A stretch of 64,000 bases of DNA from an uncultured delta proteobacterium (GCA_963804165.1 CAWDPO010000010.1:64001-128000); one strand, 5' to 3'. Numbered from the stretch's first letter, positions 34,394 through 46,200 are shown. Made by a program: numbers and translations. The notes: a model not told the origin generated them from the letters alone.

Positions 34394-35845
34394 TCAACAA
34401 TCGAGCTTGCTGCCCAAGGCCTTCTCGGCATTGCAAGCCCGTCTCGTCTGATCGATCTCTTTGCGAATAACCTCATCCAGACCGGCGATGGCTTTAGCTT
34501 TTTCTAATTCCGCCAGGGCGGCAGCGTAGTTTCCTTGCTCGCGCAACGATTCAGCGCGATTGATGTAGGCCGCGATTCGCGCTTTCGTTTGCTCCGTCAC
34601 AGCCGGCGGAGGGACAGAATTTGGTTCATGAGTTTTCTCTGGCTTGGTTTGCGGTTGGGTGGTCTTTTGGGACTCTTTGATCAATAACGTAAGCGGGGAG
34701 CTGCGAAGATTTCCGGCACGGGCGACAATTTCAACCTTTCCCGGTCGCAGCGCGACCAGTTCGCCGTCGGCATTTACCGACGCCACCGCGTGATCACTAA
34801 GCTGCCACTCGAATCCGTCGGACAGAAACTTCTCAGCATTATCGGAGTATCGCCCGCTCACGCGTATCGAGACCTTCTGTTTTGTAAATAACTCTCTGTT
34901 GCTCGAGCTGAGGCGTAAAGCGACCAACTTTATCGGTACGACGGATTTGGGCGGCGGCTCGACAGCCTTCACGCTGAGACTCCACTGAGAACTCGCAACG
35001 TTGCCAACCTTGGCTAAAATAACCGTTGTCCCGGCTTTCAACGCTCTCACTTCACCTGCTTCGCTGATCGTCGCCACGCCGGGGGCGCTGCTCGACCAAT
35101 CTATCCCTTCTATAATGTCATGCTGCTTGCCATCTGAATAACTTGCCGTCACTACTAATTTTGCCGTTTCCGACGGTTTCAGTTCCTTCTTATCACCTCG
35201 AATCACAAGGCTGTTGATACTCGGAGCCGGAGCGATTTTCGCGCCGACTCCGTCGACCACGGGCGGCCGTGCCGCCTGTTCCTCTTCCCGCGGACTCGTC
35301 CATAATTGCCATGCAGCGATGAGCAAAACAGCAGCTACCCCGGCCAGCCCTAGTTTCAGCCAATGCGCGGCAAGCCATGGACTCTCAGGCAACCGTCTTT
35401 TAATTTTTTGCGACACCAGAAGATCGTCTGGCTGCACGGGTTTTTCGCGGGAGGTGCCCAAAATCGACTTGAGGTCGGCAAGGAATGTCTGCGCGGCTGG
35501 ATCGTCGATCGTACCGTCCCAATTTGCAAGGTCGGCCGCCTGAATGGCCCTGAACCCTATGGGGGGTTCGACTCGCTGTATTAAAACCGGAACAATTGTC
35601 TTGCCGAGTCGACGTGCCTCCTCAGCTTCTTCAGTTACCCACGGGCTCTCTACTGAGTCCTTCGACCAAAGAACAACCATGCAGCGCATGTCTTTCAGCG
35701 CGTCTTCGAGAACCGATCGCCAGGTGCGGCCTGCAGGGATACGCCGATCCCACCAGACCTGCCAGCCCGCCGATTCCAGAACCTGCGCCAGTCGAGCCGC
35801 AGATTCCCTGTTTTCGTTTGCGTAGCTGATGAAAATGTCGGCCAT
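34394..35845 (-). CDS. TIR domain - TM - two Big_2 Ig-like domains - TPR-like helix protein
   Basis: DIFISYA, VWWD, VVLWSKDSVESPWVTEE (TIR_2); hydrophobic helix; two repeats of the type WSSSAPGVATI..G.V.ALK.G. Confidence 0.85.
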   Translation of the reverse strand: MADIFISYANENRESAARLAQVLESAGWQVWWDRRIPAGRTWRSVLEDALKDMRCMVVLWSKDSVESPWVTEEAEEARRLGKTIVPVLIQRVEPPIGFRAIQAADLANWDGTIDDPAAQTFLADLKSILGTSREKPVQPDDLLVSQKIKRRLPESPWLAAHWLKLGLAGVAAVLLIAAWQLWTSPREEEQAARPPVVDGVGAKIAPAPSINSLVIRGDKKELKPSETAKLVVTASYSDGKQHDIIEGIDWSSSAPGVATISEAGEVRALKAGTTVILAKVGNVASSQWSLSVKAVEPPPKSVVPIKLVALRLSSSNRELFTKQKVSIRVSGRYSDNAEKFLSDGFEWQLSDHAVASVNADGELVALRPGKVEIVARAGNLRSSPLTLLIKESQKTTQPQTKPEKTHEPNSVPPPAVTEQTKARIAAYINRAESLREQGNYAAALAELEKAKAIAGLDEVIRKEIDQTRRACNAEKALGSKLDC

Positions 35846-36302
35846 GAGTCTACGGCCTGCCCGTTATCCCAATGCAAATTTTCCGTCGTGAAATGGCCAG
35901 ATTAACGTCGGACACAAAATGCGTAGATGCCAAATCTGGACGGGATGAGTTTATCAAATCTTGGAGAATTTGTAATCGGAAATCCCAGGATCGTCGCAGA
36001 TCTGATGGCCAGTGATCTGTAACCGCGTGAACCCGTCAGCGTGAACATGAAGCTCAGACCGTTAAGTTTTTTCAATCTCGATTCCGGAGCTTAGCGCATT
36101 CCCGAGAAATTCTTGGGCAAATTTAACCACAGAAACTGGCCCCGCGAGAAAGGCCGCACAGGCGAATTGGGACCCTGTTACAAGGAGAAAACGATGCGTC
36201 TGGAAAATAAGCAGACGGGCGAATTTTGGCCGGCGCAATTTGACCGCGTCCCGATAACGGTGATAAACCGTCGATCATCGATCATCTTCGAAGGAGTTTC
36301 CG

Positions 36303-37784
36303 ATGGCGAATTCAGGCCTGCAAACCGATATGGTCATCATTGGCGGCGGCGGCGCGGGAATACCGGCGGCGATAGAGGCCGATAAGGCCGGCGCCAAGGC
36401 CATCGTTTTGGAGGCCGCAGCGGAATGCGGCGGCACCGCAGCCATTTCCGGCGGCGGTTGCTGCATCGTCGGCACGCCGCTGCAGAAATCTCAGGGAATC
36501 GAAGACACGCCCGATCTTGCCTTCGAAGATTGGGTCAAGTGGGGCGGCGGCGCTGCAGACGAAATCTGGGCGCGCTTTTATCTCGAACATACTTTGCACG
36601 ATCTTTATCACTGGGCCGAGAGCTGCGGCGCGAAATGGGTCGATATGAAATTTCAGGAAGGCAATCGCGTGATGCGCTGGCACCGGCCGGATAACAATGG
36701 TCTTGGCTTGATGACCGCGCTGATCAAAACCGCGCAGGCACTGCCGAATGTCACGATCATGACCTCGACCAAAGCGGGCAAACTGCTGACGCAAGACGGC
36801 CGCGTTTGCGGCGTCAGCGCGACCAGGAACGGCGAGGCATTTGAAATTCGCAGCAAAGCTGTCCTCGTCGCCACCGGCGGTTTCAACTCGAATCTTGACA
36901 TGGTATTGGAGCACCGGCCCGAGTTTAAAAAATTCAAGGTCATGGAAGGCTCAGGTTTCGGCGCCAAGGGCGAAGGCTACAAGATGATAAACGAGCTTGG
37001 CGGCTATTTCACTCACATGGACTGTATATGGTTTTACGTTTACGCCACGCCGGATTACCGCGATCCACAACAAAGACGCGGCTTGGTCTTCCGTCAGGTG
37101 CCCGGTTACATCTGGTTTAATCAACAAGGGCGGCGCTTTCATAATGAATCGGTCACCGGGGGCGCTTCTGCGACACCGGCACTGTTAAAACAAAATCCGC
37201 CACACGCCTGGGCGCTCGCCGATACACCCATGTTGGACAAGATCGATGTTGCCGATCCGTATTATCGCCGCGGCGATGTCATTGACCGCGCGAAGGTCGA
37301 CGAACTGCTGAACAATTCACCATTTATAAAGAAGGCCGACACTCTCGAAGAACTCGGCAAGAAAACCGGCGTCGAAGACCTCAATAATTTTCTCGCTGAG
37401 ATCATCGAGTACAACAAGTGTTTTGATGCCGGAGGAGAACGAGAGCCGAAGTTCGGCAAGTCACTCAAGGGCTCAAAGAAATTCGACACACCGCCCTACT
37501 ACGCGATCGAAATTTTTCCGCTGGCGCGGAAAAATTTCGGTGGCGTAAAGACCGATCTGCGCTGCCGGGTGCTCAACAAATATTTTGAACCGATTCCCGG
37601 TTTATACGCCGCGGGCGAAGTTGCCGGCATGGCCGGCGGGCATATCAACGGCAAGGCGGGATTGGAAGGAACGATGCTCGGGCCGTCGATCTTCAGCGGC
37701 CGTGTCGCCGGCGCTTGGGCGGCCAACGAGGCCGGTTTCGGTCCTGGCTTCATCGGCAAACCGAACCGGCCGGAGTTGGATTAA
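36303..37784 (+). CDS. FAD-dependent oxidoreductase (fumarate reductase flavoprotein/3-ketosteroid dehydrogenase-like)
   Basis: IIGGGGAG, GGTAAISGG, VLVATGGF, GRRFHNE, PIPGLYAAGE. Confidence 0.85.
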   Translation: MANSGLQTDMVIIGGGGAGIPAAIEADKAGAKAIVLEAAAECGGTAAISGGGCCIVGTPLQKSQGIEDTPDLAFEDWVKWGGGAADEIWARFYLEHTLHDLYHWAESCGAKWVDMKFQEGNRVMRWHRPDNNGLGLMTALIKTAQALPNVTIMTSTKAGKLLTQDGRVCGVSATRNGEAFEIRSKAVLVATGGFNSNLDMVLEHRPEFKKFKVMEGSGFGAKGEGYKMINELGGYFTHMDCIWFYVYATPDYRDPQQRRGLVFRQVPGYIWFNQQGRRFHNESVTGGASATPALLKQNPPHAWALADTPMLDKIDVADPYYRRGDVIDRAKVDELLNNSPFIKKADTLEELGKKTGVEDLNNFLAEIIEYNKCFDAGGEREPKFGKSLKGSKKFDTPPYYAIEIFPLARKNFGGVKTDLRCRVLNKYFEPIPGLYAAGEVAGMAGGHINGKAGLEGTMLGPSIFSGRVAGAWAANEAGFGPGFIGKPNRPELD

Positions 37785-37800
37785 AATATAAAGCCGGTCA

Positions 37801-37850
37801 AGGGTTCAAGGTTCAAGGCTTCCGGACTCCGACATTGAACCTTGAACTCT
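37801..37850. repeat. Heptamer-based inverted repeat hairpin
   Basis: AGGGTTCAAGGTTCAA pairs with TTGAACCTTGAACTCT; further TTGAAC copies at about 37937-37966. Confidence 0.65.
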
Positions 37851-37885
37851 GAACGCCAGCTAAAAATGTTGCGCTCCCGTGAATT

Positions 37886-37935
37886 CCCCCACCTCTTTCC
37901 TCCCCGACGTCGTGGGGGAGGATGTAAGGAGGGGG
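37886..37935. repeat. REP-like GC-rich palindrome
   Basis: CCCCC..TCCTCCCC-GACGTCGTG-GGGGAGGA..GGGGG nested inverted repeat. Confidence 0.65.
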
Positions 37936-37966
37936 CTTGAACGACTTGAACCAATAATCATTGAAC

Positions 37967-40385
37967 ATGACCATGCCCAATATTGCTGATTCACAAAAGA
38001 CGACGCATTCGGTTCGCGGCTACTGCGCGCTCTGCACGGCGCACTGCGCAACGGTCGCGACGGTTGAAGATGGCCGCGTGACGCAACTCGATCCAGATCA
38101 TGATCATCCCAACGGCGGGGTCATGTGTATCAAAGGCAAAGCCGCGCCTGAGCTCGTCTACAATCCCGATCGGCTCAATTACCCGCTCAAGCGCACCCGA
38201 CCCAAAGGTGATGCCGATCCCGGTTGGCAGAGAGTTAGTTGGAATGAAGCGCTTGACGATATCGCGCGGGAGACTGACAGCCATTCGCGAGCAGTACGGC
38301 GCCAAATCCATTGCGCTGGCGAAAGGCACCAAGAGCGGCACTTCCGTTGACGATGCTGAACGCTGGTTGGGACGGTTGCTTTATCTCATCGGCAGTCCAA
38401 ATTGGGTGTCGACCACGCACGTCTGCAACTGGCACAGGGATACCGGCTTCAGCTATACCTTCGGAACGATCCTTCCCAGGCCGGATTTCGCCCATAGTAA
38501 AACCTTTCTCCTATGGGGCCATAACCCGAGCGCCACCTCGTTGATCGCGGCTCACGACATCGTTGCAGCCAGGGCCCGCGGGATGAAGACCGTCGTCGTC
38601 GATCCCCGCCGGGTCGGCATCGGCGCCAACGCCGACATGCTGCTGCAAGTGCGGCCCGGCGCGGACGGCGCTTTGGCGCTGGCGCTGATCCACTGCTTGA
38701 TGGAAGAAGGCTGGTACGACGCCACCTTCGCTCGTCAGTGGACCAACGGAATCTTTCTGCTGAATTATACGACCGGACAAATCGTCACCGAAGCCGATCT
38801 GACGACGGGCGGGAGTTCGAACCATTTTGCGGTGTGGGATGAAAACAGGAATCAAGTCGCACTATGGGATCCGACGGCGGGCGGATATGACGCCGACGGA
38901 GTGCAGCCCGCTCTTTTCGGCATTCGGTCGTTGAAGGCAAAAAACGGAAAGGAAATTTCCTGCAAGCCGGTCTTCGAGCGATTGGGCGAGCTCGCATCCG
39001 CCTACGCGCCTGAAAAATCCGAAAAGATCACCTGGGTGGCGGCCGACAAAGTCTGGCAGACCGCCCTGCTGCTCGCGCATAACCGGCCGGTCAACATGTA
39101 TATGTGGAACGGCGTCGGCCAGCACACCAACGCCACTCAGACGAGCCGCGCCATCGCGACTCTGTACGCGCTGCTCGGCGATTTCGACCGCCAAGGCGGC
39201 AATGTAATTTTCCCGAAGGTGCCGCTCAACGAGGTCGACGGCAAGGAATTTTTGCCCAAAGAAACCGCGGCGCTCCGTATTGGCCGCGAACGTAAACCCC
39301 TCGGGCCTCCGGCTTCGCCCGGTAACTGCGCAGCCTACGACATCTATACGGCGATTCTTGAGAAGCACCCCTATCCGATCCAAGCGCTTTTGAATTTCGG
39401 CTCCAACACGGTCATGTCTTCCGGTGACTCGCGCGCCGGCCGCAAGGCGCTCTGCGCTTTGGAGTTCGGCGTCGCCGTGGAGCTGTTTATGACGCCGACA
39501 GCGGAACTTTGCGACTACGTCTTGCCCGCCACTAGTTTCCTCGAAATGGCCAGCCTCGCAACCGGCTTCGAGCACCGCGCCGAGGCCAAGACCCATCTTC
39601 AATATCGCGCTGCCGTGGTGGAACCCATTGCCGAGCGGCGCTCGGACACCTGGATCATCTTCCAATTGGCTGAGCGGCTCGGTCTCGGTGACCAGTTCTG
39701 GCACGGCGACATCGAGGCCAGTTACGCCTACGAGCTGACGCCGTCAGGAATTACGCTGGAGCAGCTGAAAAATTCTCCTGGTGGCATCTCCAGGCCCGCC
39801 GCGCCGATCTATGAAAAGCACGCCAAACCAAACAAAGACGGCTCACGGCGCGGCTTTGCCACGCCGACCAAGAAAGTCGAGCTCTACTGTCACAGGTTCG
39901 CCGCCCACGGCTACCCGGCGCTGCCGGAATATGTCGAGCCGGCTATGAGCCCGATCAGCAAGCCGGAACATCGCTGCCGAATTCCCGCTTGTGCTCACCA
40001 ACGCTAAGTTCACCACCTATCGTGCATAGCCAACAGCGTGCGCTGCCCGAGCCTTGCGCAAAGCGTCGCCCGAACCGAGCGCCGATATTCATCCCGAGAC
40101 CGCGCGCCGTTACGGCGTGAAAAACAAAGAAATGGATGGTCGTGGAAAGCCCGCGTGGCGCGATCAAGAGTCAAGGCCCGAGTCACGACAAATATCGTTC
40201 CCGGCGTCGTCTGTTGCCAGCATGGCTGGTGGCAGGAGTGCAAGGAGATGGAGCTGCCCGGTTACAATCCCTACGAATCGAGCGGCGCCAATCCCGGTAC
40301 ACTGATCGGCACCGACCTCGCCGATCCGATGAGCGGATCCCTGCCGCATCGTTCTTATCTCTGTCGCGTTCGTGCGGCTGAATAA
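37967..40385 (+). pseudogene. Molybdopterin oxidoreductase (DMSO reductase family, acetylene-hydratase-like), several frameshifts (likely assembly errors)
   Basis: CALCTAHC..C 4Fe-4S motif, RLNYPLKR, WGHNP, VVDPR, RPGADGALAL, TPTAELCDYVLPA, GFATPTKKVE, HPETA; shifts near 38270 and 39960-40170. Confidence 0.8.
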
Positions 40386-40398
40386 AAAAATCGCAGAG

Positions 40399-41112
40399 CT
40401 ATAAATTGGCGGCTTTGAGATCGGCAAGTAGATCCGCTACGATATCGGCCGGGCCCTGGTCCCAGCCCTTGACCAAAGCCTCCGGTGATCTTTCACTGAG
40501 CGGCACCGATTTTTCATAGCGCTTTTGCAAGCTGACGCCGGAAACAGTGGGATTTTCGTTGTATAAGAAAAATTCTATTTCTAAAACTGCCGCTGGCCGG
40601 CTCGGGTTGCGAAAGTCGCCGTAGAGCGCGTTGATCGATCCTTCCAAGACATAATTCGGTTGCAGCGGATTCGACGGCCCGACGACATATTTGAACAATT
40701 CGCGAGGCGGCGAGCCCTTTGCGCAACTCTTCGCCGATCATCGAGTCCGGGGCGGTAAGAAACTGATTGTAAAAATCGGCCTCGTACGCCGCCGTCCGAG
40801 GTGCGGTAGACAAAACTTTTATCGGCGTAGCGCGGCGAGATGCGCAGATTTACCACCGACAGGATGCGATCGCTTATCGAATTCGGAGACGTTGCCCGGG
40901 GCGAGCTCAAGCGCAAAGTAACGCCGATCGGGATAGCTTTTTTCCAAGCTGACGCAGCCAGTCAAGAAAATCATCAGCAACAACGCGCCGCGCTGGATTC
41001 GCCATTTAGGCCCGGCGAATAGTGGCAGAAGCGCGCGCGCAGCCTTTATCGAAGCACGAATGGACAAGTTTAAATGGTTTTTACGATTCACTCGTCTGAA
41101 CAGCCGGTTCAT
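40399..41112 (-). pseudogene. ABC-type transport auxiliary lipoprotein (PqiC-like), frameshifted
   Basis: Lipobox LTGC; fragments YEADFYNQFL, YVLEGSINALYGDF, SPEALVKGW in three frames. Confidence 0.7.
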
Positions 41113-42169
41113 CGTTGCATGGCTTTCGACGGCGGCGGCGGCGCGCCGAACAGCACCTGGGACGGATATTTTTTTGAGTTGTCGGTGATCTCTTTCATGT
41201 TGTCGGAGACCGCGCGCAAATTGTCCATGGTCTTTTCGATGTCGCGCTGTTGGTTGGCGATCAAGCGATTCATGCGTTGAATGGTTTGGCGCAATTGGCC
41301 GCTGGTCTCGGGCAGATCGGTCGCAACCGAATCCAAGCGCTTGACCAGGCGGTTCAGGCTCTCGGTCGCTTGGGGCAGATCGGTCAGCATTTGATTGACC
41401 GGCTTTTCCGCGCGCTCGATGATCTGCCGCGCTCGGCCCGCCCTTGCCGAAGCGTCGGCGATGGCGGATTTGAGCTCCGGATTGCTCACGAGGGTGTTTA
41501 TTTGCCGGTTGGTCTCGCGCAGCTCGTTCAGTAGGGCATTGGCCTGTCCACCGATCTTATCGAGATTGGCGTTCTCCGCAAGGTTGGTCATGGCCACGAG
41601 CGACTTATCGATAGTCTGGCTGAGTTGAGCAATATCGATGTCGCTGAAGTTGCGCAAAATGCGTTCCACGGCCTCACTCAACTGTGTGATCCGGCTGCGC
41701 GTCGACGGAATATATGGATAATCGGGTTGCCAATCAATTTCCAGCGGCGGATTGCGTTCCGGGTCCAGAGTAGTCCGCTTCCAAATAGGCGACTCCGGTC
41801 AAACCTTGCGGCGCTATGCGAATGCGAAAGCCGCGATCGAGCGCCTGCTTTAGCTGGCGACTTCTCGGATCAGTTGACCGGAAACTGAAACATGTTGGAC
41901 GAGATCGACACGCGCACCAGCACATACTGACGCTGCGTCGAGTATTCCGCGCTGGTCAGCGAAATCTGTTCGACCCTGCCCACGGGTACGCCGCGAAATT
42001 TTACCGGCGAGCCGACGTCCAGTCCCTGCACGGATTCGTCGATATAGGTCTCGACCATACTCTTTTTCTGAAAGATCGTGCCGACGCCGAGCACGACGAC
42101 GCCAATGACGCCGATCACGATGGCGCTGATGACAAAGACTCCGATTTTGAAGTAACTAAGTTTTTCCAT
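41109..42169 (-). pseudogene. mlaD: MCE/MlaD family protein with long helical stalk, frameshifted
   Basis: KIGVFV TM, ESVQGLDVGSPVKFRGVPVGRV, QGLTGVAYLE, KYPSQVLFG. Confidence 0.8.
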
Positions 42170-42184
42170 CCGCTAGAATGCCGG

Positions 42185-42993
42185 TTAACCGATCACGAGC
42201 CCGGCGTCCGCGTCAATTTTCCGCTCGACGCTTGCCTGGAAAAGAATTGACGAACTCGAGGGTCGTCGCTGTGATCGCGCAAGCTCCTGGGGATTGCCCA
42301 TGGCGATAATGCCCTTCTCTTGTTTATCCAACATAATCACCCGATCCGCAATCGTGAAGATACTTGGCAGCTCATGGGTAACCACGACGAAAGTGATTTT
42401 CAAACTGCGCGCCAGGCTTAAAACCAATTGATCCAGTTCCGCGGAAGTGATCGGATCCAAACCGGCCGACAGCTCGTCGAGAAACAACATGCCGCGGGTC
42501 GAGCGCCATGGCGCGCGCGATGGCGCCTCGTTTCTGCATCCCGCCGCTCAGCTCCGACGGCATGCGACCCGCCGACGCCGCCTAAACCCACTGCTTGCAG
42601 CTTCATCAGCGCGATCAAGCGAATCGCTTCCGGCGGCAGGTCGGTAAACTCTTCCAGCGGCAGAGCGACGTTTTCGAGCAGGGTCATCGATCCGAACAAC
42701 GCGCCACTTTGATACATCACGCCGAACTTTCGCAGAATCTTCGCCGCGCCTCCGCCCTGCAGCCGCGGCAATATCTTCGCCGTCGATTAGGATCCTGCCC
42801 GCTGCCGGCTTATAAAGACCGATCATATGTTTGAGCAACGTGCTCTTGCCCGAGCCGGAACCGCCCAAGTATGGCGAACACTTCGCCGGCGTAGACTTCG
42901 AAATTGATATGGTCGAGCACAACCTGTCCGTCATAGGCAGCCTTGAAGTTTTCCACGTGAATGATCGTCTCGCTGCTCGGGTGCCGTCGCCAT
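42185..42993 (-). pseudogene. mlaF: MlaF-type ABC ATPase, frameshifted
   Basis: [46 protein letters not shown] spread across frames. Confidence 0.8.
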
Positions 42994-44131
42994 CTAGATC
43001 CCAGAAAGTAGTAAACCACGGAGAAAATTCCGTCGGTGATCGCGATCAAGATAATGCCGCTCACGACGGCGCTGGTGGTCGATTCGCCGACCGCGGCTGC
43101 GCCGGTTTTGGTTTGCAAGCCGCGCAGGCAGCCGATGCCGGCGACGAGAATGCCGAACACAAACGATTTCACCAGACCGCCGACCAGCGAGCCCGTAGCT
43201 CACGGCGTACTGGATTTGATGAAAATAGGTGACCAGCGGAAAACCCAACGAGAGCATGACGACCGCCCCGCCGATCAATCCTATCAGATCCGCGAAGATC
43301 GTCAGCAGCGGCGTCATGCATACGGCTGCGACCACCCGCGTGACGATCAAGAAGCGCACGGGATCGAGTCCCATGGTTTTGAGCGCGTCGATCTCTTCGC
43401 GCACTTTCATCGTGCCGAGCTCCGCGGCGAACGCCGAGCCCGAGCGGCCCGCTAAAATGATCGCGGTCATCAACGGACCCAATTCGCGCAACATCGAAAG
43501 CCCGATCAAATTGGCGATAAAAAGCTGCGCGCCGAATTGACGCAACGGGATTGCCGCTTGAAAGGCCATAATCAGTCCCATCAGGAAACTGATCAGCGCC
43601 ACGATCGGTAAAGCGTTGACTCCGGCTAGTCTTCGGCGACTTGCAGCGCATCGCGCCAGCGCACGCTGCGCGGATGGATCGCCGCATACGCAAGTCCCAC
43701 ACCGAGCTCGCCGACAAAGCTGACAAGGATCTGAATGTCGCGCCAAACCTCGACTGTGGCTTCGCCAATTTCTCGGCGAGGCCGCCGCGCGCGATCCTCG
43801 CTGGCCTCGTCGACGGGAAGTCCGCGGATTCATCACCGAGCAAATTGGCGAACTCCGTCCGCAGCCCGTCGATTTCCAAACTCCCGCCAGCCTTGCTTTG
43901 CAGCCGGCGCAGATGAACTAACAAGGCGATTCCCGCGCCATCGCAATAATCGATTCCCGAAGCGTCGACCACCACACTTGCGGCTTTAGCGCCGCTGACG
44001 GTAGCCGTCGCCCGGCGCCATATTCCGCCCGTAGTGTTTGAGTCCAGACGACCCGCGATGGCGAGTTTGAATACACCATCCCGTGGCCCTTCCGAGCGCA
44101 ATTCGACACCGGTGTGCGAAGATAAAGCCAT
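42994..44131 (-). pseudogene. mlaE: MlaE permease with N-terminal STAS domain, frameshifted
   Basis: STAS-like GRLDS..IDYCDGAG; RELGPLMTAIILAGRSGSAFAAELGTMKVREEIDAL; VGESTTSAVV. Confidence 0.8.
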
Positions 44132-44189
44132 TTCAATGACGGCAAGCAGACAACGGTATCATTATGCTTGGTCTTTCTGTGCGGTCAAC

Positions 44190-45500
44190 CTAGCGCGCAA
44201 CGGCGGCCTTACGTGGCGCGCGCAGTGCCACACTTAGGATCGCCGACAGCACCAGCGCCACAATAAATGCGACAAAAGAAGACCGATAACTGCCCGTGAC
44301 GTCATGGAGGAAACCAAAGAACGGCGCGCCCGCCGCGCCGAAGGCGTAAGTGACGAGGATGCCCAGTCCGCGGACTGTGCCGAGCGAGAGCCGGCCAAAA
44401 TAGGTCGCCCAGATCAGTTCCTGGAGCACGAAACTTCCGCCTAAGCCGATACCATAAAGAAAAAACCGACATAGATCGCCAGCTGTTCGCCGCTCGCCAT
44501 CGCCATCGCCAAGCCGGCCGCTTGGACAATAAACATCATTATGCTCGCATGGCGAATGTCGACGCGCTCAGAGATGAAACCCCAGATCAAAGTCGAGGCC
44601 AATTGCGTCAAAGCGATAATCGTTAACGTGGTCGCCGCCACCATCGCGGTAAATCCGATATCCGTGACGTAGGCGAACACATGGAGATTGAGACCGGCGA
44701 TACCGACATTGGCCATGCCGTACATGAAACAAATCGTCCAAAATGTACGAGTGCGCACGATTTCGCTTCGCGACCACAGCACTTCGTCCGCCACGGCGCG
44801 AGGTAACACGCCCGCGTCGCGCTTGGACGTGAGCGCCGCGGCGGACGCCATCGGGCGCTTCGACACCATCGGGCTTAAGTCCCATCTCCTCCGGACTGCG
44901 GCGCATGAACAACGCCGCGGGAATGACGACGAGCGCCAACGTCATCAAACCGAAAATCGCCCAAGTCGAACGCCAACCGACCCACACGAAAAGCGCTGCG
45001 GTAACAATCGGAATCAAAACCTTCGACAGTCCTTGACCGAGACTCGCCATGGCGATGGCGCGGCCGCGTTTGCGCAGGAACCAACGCAATATCGTGACGC
45101 TCACGACCATCTGACACATCAACACGCCGCCAATGGCGACGCAGGTCCAACGCACCAAGAGAAACTGCCAGAACGCGCCTACCTGACTAAGCAAGACGAA
45201 TCCCGCTCCGGCGGAAAAGGCGCCGGCGGTCATCAACCAACGTCCACCATAGCGATCAACCCATGGCCCGACCAGCGGCGCCAACGCTCCTGCGATAAGA
45301 ATTTCTCCCGATCGCAGCAAGGAAAATAATCCGCGCGACACGGCCAAATCTTCGGTTAAAGGTTTGAGAAACACGCTCAGTGTGCTCGACATGTGAAACG
45401 CGCAATTCACCTGCGCCAGAAATCCGACGGCGACGATGTACCAGCCATAAAAAATTTTAGGTTTGCGACGGAAAGGGTGAGTTGAGTTAACGGAATTCAA
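44190..45500 (-). pseudogene. MFS transporter, frameshifted
   Basis: FYGWYIV, GPWVDRYGGR, WFLRKRGRA, YFGRLSLG, LHDVTGSY in three frames. Confidence 0.75.
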
Positions 45501-45661
45501 GGTAGAATCACCGCGCAGCGAGAGTTCTCAAACTAGCAAGCTTCTCCTCCCTTGTAAAAGCAAACGACAAAGCTGCAATAGCTTGATTCTATGACTTGCG
45601 CCGAGTTATACACGGAGACGCCAATGCACGGAGAGTCATCGCCAATGAAAGGATTACTGTC

Positions 45662-46012
45662 ATGGCACGAAAAGGCTTGAGCCACATCGCTCTGAAGAGC
45701 CGAGATCTCAAGAAGTCCGAAGAGTTTTACGTCGGCGTGTTAGGCTTCAAAGTCGCATTCCGTCATCCGCCAAGCATGATATTTCTGACCACTCCAGGGG
45801 GTGGAGATCTATTGAACTTCGTGAAGAGCTCAGCCCGGGCGTCCGGGGCGCAAGGTCTGGAGCACATGGGGTTCAAGGTGACGCGGTCCAGGCTTATGAA
45901 ACTGGAAAACACGCTCAAAAGACACGGCGTCAAGATCTCTGGGCGCCGCGGCGAAGACGCCTTTTACTTCTCCGATCCCAATGGCTATCAGATCGAATAT
46001 TATTGCGATTAA
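45662..46012 (+). CDS. VOC family protein
   Basis: LSHIAL..DLKKSEEFY..VLGF, LEHMGF, FYFSDPNGYQIE. Confidence 0.85.
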   Translation: MARKGLSHIALKSRDLKKSEEFYVGVLGFKVAFRHPPSMIFLTTPGGGDLLNFVKSSARASGAQGLEHMGFKVTRSRLMKLENTLKRHGVKISGRRGEDAFYFSDPNGYQIEYYCD

Positions 46013-46102
46013 GAATTCGCGAACGGGAATCTCAGCGGAAGGGCAAATCGCAAAGCTAGATTGGCTCTAAAGATCCGCTCGCCTCCCTTGATCTGCCACC
46101 TG

Positions 46103-46142
46103 AGCCCGGACTGGAATCAACCCGGCCGGGCTTTTTATTTTT
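46103..46142 (+). terminator. Intrinsic terminator between converging VOC and NRPS genes
   Basis: AGCCCGGACTGG-loop-CCGGCCGGGCT followed by TTTTATTTTT. Confidence 0.7.
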
Positions 46143-46200
46143 GGAGGTTATTCGATGGGTCTTTCTGCCACGTTTGGCTTCCTCAAAGCGTCCCGTTGCC

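Noticed and set aside
37797-37966. CRISPR-like array
   Set aside because: Units are 6-7 nt inverted repeats without regular spacers, and there are no cas genes
38270-44900. Programmed frameshifting or phase variation
   Set aside because: Too many indels per gene, with no long slippery or simple-repeat tracts
46039-46075. GGGCAAA..CGCAAAGC..CTAAA resembling a c-di-GMP-I riboswitch
   Set aside because: The P2 stem with its GAAA tetraloop is missing, and the site lies 3' of genes in a convergent gap
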